Positions 63,905 to 64,000 of a DNA stretch of 64,000 nucleotides are shown one piece after another. Position 1 is the stretch's first letter. Each line of letters begins with the position of its first letter. Under the pieces are notes generated by a model that ran no database searches, was not told the DNA's origin, and was given only the letters and a program-made list of their open reading frames with translations. Both the position numbers and the translations under genes were made by a program. The DNA lies in assembly GCF_006345805.1 (NCBI RefSeq), contig NC_043000.1:114204001-114268000 (forward strand), read 5' to 3'. The DNA comes from Octopus sinensis. Its lineage: Eukaryota.

Positions 63905-64000
63905 CTGCCAGATCAAGATTTGAGCCTGGTGTGGCCGTCTGGTTCACCAGCCCTCAGTCAAAATCATTCAACCCATGCAGGCATGGAAGGCGGACGTTAA
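63905..64000 (+). mobile_element. RTE 3'-end copy, cut by the window edge
   Basis: gccagatcaagatttgagcctggtg...ggcatggaaggcggacgttaa. Confidence 0.75.

Noticed and set aside
923-63923. The many 60-130-aa ORFs rich in YI, CV, HT, poly-I, poly-T or poly-H, or overlapping the RTE tail or SINEs
   Set aside because: They are translations of microsatellites or interspersed repeats, not genes.

Overview
AT-rich eukaryotic genomic DNA packed with microsatellites. The repeat repertoire (tRNA-head SINEs, RTE-type 3' tails ending in (GAT)n, TTAA-flanked MITEs) resembles what I recall from octopus genomes; this taxon call is inference. The whole window lies inside one minus-strand gene of the LRCH family (leucine-rich repeat and calponin-homology domain). 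Six phase-compatible coding exons are visible: 61617-61753, 55127-55251, 51415-51529, 36798-36986, 3419-3807 and 654-701. The N-terminal LRR exons and the CH-domain exons must lie outside the window. The introns (about 3-33 kb) hold around 19 RTE 3'-end copies, three SINE families, piggyBac-like, hAT-like and mariner-like MITEs, a Helitron end, an R4/Dong-like fragment and several minisatellites. The most interesting unexplained signals are: (i) four minimal type-I hammerhead-ribozyme-like motifs of the Penelope-element kind, one with a complete core inside a ~77-bp foldback; (ii) four long, mutually unrelated foldback hairpins in the pre-mRNA; (iii) an in-frame 6-nt microexon candidate (AAATCG) with a ~135-nt AG-free tract; (iv) further cassette-exon candidates; (v) an orphan RTE 5' end with a possible HDV-like ribozyme relic; (vi) a 30-bp minisatellite with a palindrome in each unit. 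All coordinates and alignments were worked out by eye, and repeat boundaries are approximate.
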